A stretch of DNA of 64,000 bases from an uncultured Collinsella sp. (lineage in GTDB: Bacteria > Actinomycetota > Coriobacteriia > Coriobacteriales > Coriobacteriaceae): positions 11,406 to 75,405 of the forward strand of contig CALDWI010000002.1 in assembly GCA_937923795.1 (NCBI GenBank), given 5' to 3'. Position 1 is the stretch's first letter; every line of letters begins with the position of its first letter. The notes under the pieces are model-generated. The model ran no database searches, was not told the origin of the DNA, and worked only from the letters and a program-made list of their open reading frames with translations. Below are positions 61,311 to 64,000 of the stretch, one piece after another. The translations under genes and the position numbers were made by a program.

Positions 61311-61471
61311 GGGAGGGCTCGGCGCGTCGTGCGTCGGCACCTGTCATCTGTGGGCTGCGCGTGTGCAACATCTGTTCTTGGCGTGCAATACAACCGGTGT
61401 CTCATTGCTTTTATTGCCGGGGTGTACCATGAACGACAGTTTGATTCACTGCTGTCGAGAGGACGGATAAC

Positions 61472-62512
61472 TTGGTTCGACGTGGCTCGCATCCGCGACT
61501 TTCGGTGATCCTTGTGGTAGAAGGTTCGCCCAGCTATGCGATGCGTGCGCTCGAGAGTATCCAGAACCAAGACCTCTACGATTTGCAGATTGTCGTTGTC
61601 TGCCGCGATGCTGCGCCCGGTGTGCGCCATTCGCTTCAAGTTGCTGCCGACAGGGACATCCATATTGATTTGATTGACGTCGAGGACGCGAAGCGCGGCG
61701 CTTGTCTTCGTGCCGGTTTTGCTGCCTCGCGCGGCTCTCAAATCATCGCTATGAACGCCGATGAGTGGTTTGCTCCGCAGTCCCTTTCCAAGATGGTCGA
61801 TATCGCGTGCGATACTACGGCAGACATAGTGCTCCCCACGGTGTCGCTCGACCGCTATGATGCACATCGAGAGCGCCATTCGCGCGTCTTGGATGCTGCT
61901 CATATTTCCATTGATAGCAAATCCTCGATGGTGACCGGGCTGCCCCAGTTGATTTTAGGCGGCCTTGTCGTTCAGACCTCTGGCGTGATGTACAGCCGCT
62001 CGCTGTTTGAGGCATGCCTGTCGCGCGGCAAGGCGTACCGTACGGTTGAGTTTATGGCTTATGCGCTCTCGCAGGCACGATTCGTGTCCGGCTGCGGCGA
62101 CGCTTGTTTCCACGCGGTGGCACCTAAGCTTACAGATGCCTTTGATCCCACCATGTATGCCAGGATATCCGATGACACTCGAGCGCTCGACGAGCTTGCG
62201 GACTCACTCTCGGAAGCAGATAGCGGTGGTCGGCTCAAGCTGGCAAGCCAAAAGTTCTACTTTGCCGGACTGGTCGCCTGCATCGAGAATTTGTGTCTGA
62301 GCCCGCATGGAGTGTCGTCAATCGAGCGTTCCGCCCGCATGCGTGATATGCTCGAGGCGCCTCGAACCCGTCAGATGGTCGCCGCGCTCAAGGATAACCA
62401 TCGGGGACTCGGTCTGTTGTTTGGGCCGATCGCCAGCGCCAAGCCCGCGCGCTGCGTGATGTGTACGCATCTGGCAGCTTTTCTTAACCGGACGGGCGCA
62501 AAAACCGCCTAA
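61472..62512 (+). CDS. Glycosyltransferase family 2-like protein
   Basis: LSVILVVEG...SIQNQDLYDLQIVVV..D N-terminal GT-A pattern and a NADEW (DxD-like) segment. The C-terminal half is unassigned. TTG start. Confidence 0.55.
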   Translation: MVRRGSHPRLSVILVVEGSPSYAMRALESIQNQDLYDLQIVVVCRDAAPGVRHSLQVAADRDIHIDLIDVEDAKRGACLRAGFAASRGSQIIAMNADEWFAPQSLSKMVDIACDTTADIVLPTVSLDRYDAHRERHSRVLDAAHISIDSKSSMVTGLPQLILGGLVVQTSGVMYSRSLFEACLSRGKAYRTVEFMAYALSQARFVSGCGDACFHAVAPKLTDAFDPTMYARISDDTRALDELADSLSEADSGGRLKLASQKFYFAGLVACIENLCLSPHGVSSIERSARMRDMLEAPRTRQMVAALKDNHRGLGLLFGPIASAKPARCVMCTHLAAFLNRTGAKTA

Positions 62513-62518
62513 ACGGCT

Positions 62519-62556
62519 CATTTCGAAACAAATTTGCATAGAATTGTTTCGAAATG
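62519..62556. promoter_or_regulatory. Perfect 13-bp AT-rich inverted repeat between the GT2 gene and argR
   Basis: catttcgaaacaa - atttgcatagaa - ttgtttcgaaatg. Confidence 0.35.
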
Positions 62557-62644
62557 CGTTCTTATACACAAAAGCCTTCAAATAGCGTTAAACTATTCAA
62601 TCACTGATTGATTGTCTCCGCCATCTTTTGGAGAGAGGGTTTGT

Positions 62645-63082
62645 ATGGCTAAAAAACGCAATGGGCGCCAGGATGCCATTAGAGATATTGTGCGCAATAA
62701 GGACGTCCGCACGCAGCGCGTGCTGGTCGATGAGCTCCGCGCTATGGGCTTTGATTGCACGCAGGCGACTGTCTCTCGCGATATTGCCGACATGGGGCTG
62801 CGTAAGCTCCCTGAGGGCATCTATGTTCTGGCAGAGGACCTGCACCTGCAGCGTATGGTTTCCGAGCTTGTAACGGGCGTTCTGCGTACCGATAATCTGG
62901 TTATGATCAAGGCTCAGCCTGGCACGGCTTCCGGCATCGCCGCCGCCGTTGATGCGGCAGAGTTGCCCGATGTGCTTGGCTCGCTTGCCGGCAACGATAC
63001 GATTTTGGTTATTGCCCAGACGGCCGAGGACGGCGAGCGTCTTGAGGCGCTGATCAATAAGCTGAGCAATTCTCGCAAGTAG
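62645..63082 (+). CDS. argR: Arginine repressor
   Basis: RQDAIRDIV....V.TQ..LV.EL...G...TQATVSRDI..MGL.K and C-terminal GT.AGDDTILVI-like GSLAGNDTILVIA. ATG at 62645. Confidence 0.9.
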   Translation: MAKKRNGRQDAIRDIVRNKDVRTQRVLVDELRAMGFDCTQATVSRDIADMGLRKLPEGIYVLAEDLHLQRMVSELVTGVLRTDNLVMIKAQPGTASGIAAAVDAAELPDVLGSLAGNDTILVIAQTAEDGERLEALINKLSNSRK

Positions 63083-63132
63083 GCGTGCGGGTCGTGCGCT
63101 CGGCACTGTGTGCGTGACATGGTGGCTTGTAA

Positions 63133-63170
63133 GGGGGTATCGACGTTGGTCGGTACCCCCTATATTGTTT
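63133..63170 (+). terminator. Probable terminator after argR
   Basis: gggggta-cgacgttggtcgg-taccccc followed by tatattgttt. Confidence 0.5.
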
Positions 63171-63206
63171 GCCGGTATAAAGGCCGTCCACCAGGTCGCT
63201 CTAAAC

Positions 63207-63247
63207 TAAAAGGCCCCCGAGCACTTTAATAAGCTGCTCGGGGGCCT
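63207..63247 (-). terminator. Intrinsic terminator of the PBP gene (minus strand)
   Basis: aggcccccgagca...tgctcgggggcct 13-bp stem with a UUUU run on the minus strand (aaaa at 63207-63210). Confidence 0.7.
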
Positions 63248-63271
63248 TGTTGCTAATGGCCGGATGAATTT

Positions 63272-64000
63272 CTAGCCAACCGTATCGTCAGGCGTGGGCG
63301 AGGGGTCGGGAGTGGGTGTAGGCGTAGGCGTAGGCGTAGGCGTAGGCGTGCCGCCATCGCCGCCGGTCGAACCACCAGTGGAGCCACCCGTCGAGCCACC
63401 GGTCGTACCGGTGCCGCCGGTGGTGTCGCCGCCCGTGGTCTCGGTGGTCGTGGTCGTCGTTGTGGTGGTTTCCTCTTCGTCCTCGTTCTCGTCCTTGTCG
63501 TCGTTCTCCGTCTTCTTGGTGTTGTTGGTGCCGTAGAACTTCCAGACGCTGTTGTTCTTGTAGGTGGGCGCCGTTCCGGTCGCAAACTCCTCGCGCTCGG
63601 TACCGGTCAGAACGGTGTTCATAAACCGCTTAAAGACAGGCAGGTTGGTGCTGTCGCCCAGCAGGTCTGTGCCGTATTTTTGGATAGGGATCTCGCCCGC
63701 GGAATAGCCGGTCCACAGGGCGCACGCCAGCTGCGGGGTATAGCCGCAGAACCACAGGTTGGTGGTGTTGTCGGTGGTGCCCGTCTTGCCGGCATAGGGC
63801 TGGTTGACGCTCAGGGCACCGGCAGCACCCGTACCGCCGCCCTGCATGACGCCGGACAGAACATCGGTGACCGCGGCGGCCTCGCCCTCGGTAAGCACCT
63901 GTGAGGGATTGTCGGTGTGCTGGTACAGCACCGAACCGGTACGAGAGTCAATCTCGGTGATGGCGATCGGCTGGCGATAGTAGCCGCCGTTGGCAAACGT
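63272..64000 (-). CDS. Class A penicillin-binding protein, C-terminal part (5' end beyond the window) with a Thr/Gly/Pro low-complexity tail
   Basis: AGKTGTT (KTG motif of the transpeptidase domain) and NLWFCGYTP. The tail reads EETTTTTTTTTETTGGDTTGGTGTTGGSTGGSTGGSTGGDGGTPTPTPTPTPTPTPDPSPTPDD. Confidence 0.85.
   Translation of the reverse strand, partial: TFANGGYYRQPIAITEIDSRTGSVLYQHTDNPSQVLTEGEAAAVTDVLSGVMQGGGTGAAGALSVNQPYAGKTGTTDNTTNLWFCGYTPQLACALWTGYSAGEIPIQKYGTDLLGDSTNLPVFKRFMNTVLTGTEREEFATGTAPTYKNNSVWKFYGTNNTKKTENDDKDENEDEEETTTTTTTTTETTGGDTTGGTGTTGGSTGGSTGGSTGGDGGTPTPTPTPTPTPTPDPSPTPDDTVG

Noticed and set aside
61470-61490. tRNA-like GGTTCGA T-loop sequence
   Set aside because: There is no acceptor, D or anticodon stem around it, and it coincides with the start region of the GT2-like gene. 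No tRNA or rRNA genes were found anywhere in the window.
63294-63536. 80-aa plus-strand ORF (VGVGVGV...PPVEPPVEPP) and the hexanucleotide repeats as a separate gene or satellite
   Set aside because: It is the mirror image of the low-complexity C-terminal tail of the minus-strand PBP gene, which has a clear KTG motif and a terminator.

Overview
GC-rich window with strongly GC3-biased codons, probably Actinomycetota and Coriobacteriia-like; the taxon cannot be verified from here. The backbone is the str/S10/spc/alpha ribosomal-protein superoperon (fusA, rpsJ ... rpoA, rplQ, then truA). This normally contiguous locus is interrupted twice. (1) rpsJ ends in a strong terminator and is separated from rplC by ~13.9 kb. 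That segment carries birA, a complete Firmicutes-style type II fatty-acid synthesis plus acetyl-CoA carboxylase cluster (fabH-acpP-fabK-fabD-fabG-fabF-accB-fabZ-accC-accD/A fusion), an orphan PTS EIIC, a CDF transporter, a histidine phosphatase and a perfect 48-bp inverted repeat. (2) rplN-rplX end in a terminator and are separated from rplE by ~29 kb. That segment carries an iteron-like repeat array, a Gfo/Idh/MocA oxidoreductase plus DeoR module, an RluA-family synthase, a large U32 peptidase, RidA, and a ~22 kb cluster of the E. coli ygeW-ygfK-xdhD-ssnA-yqeB-yqeC type. This cluster type is the predicted selenium-dependent molybdenum hydroxylase system linked to anaerobic purine/uric acid catabolism. 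Here it is organised as two divergons, each headed by a YheO-family regulator, with an IS3 transposase scar and a Pro/Ala-rich membrane protein in the middle. Several families of structured repeats mark the module borders. Downstream of the operon are a GT2-like glycosyltransferase, argR and the 3' part of a class A PBP gene. No rRNA, tRNA or CRISPR array was found. The many long ORFs opposite real genes are GC-bias artefacts.
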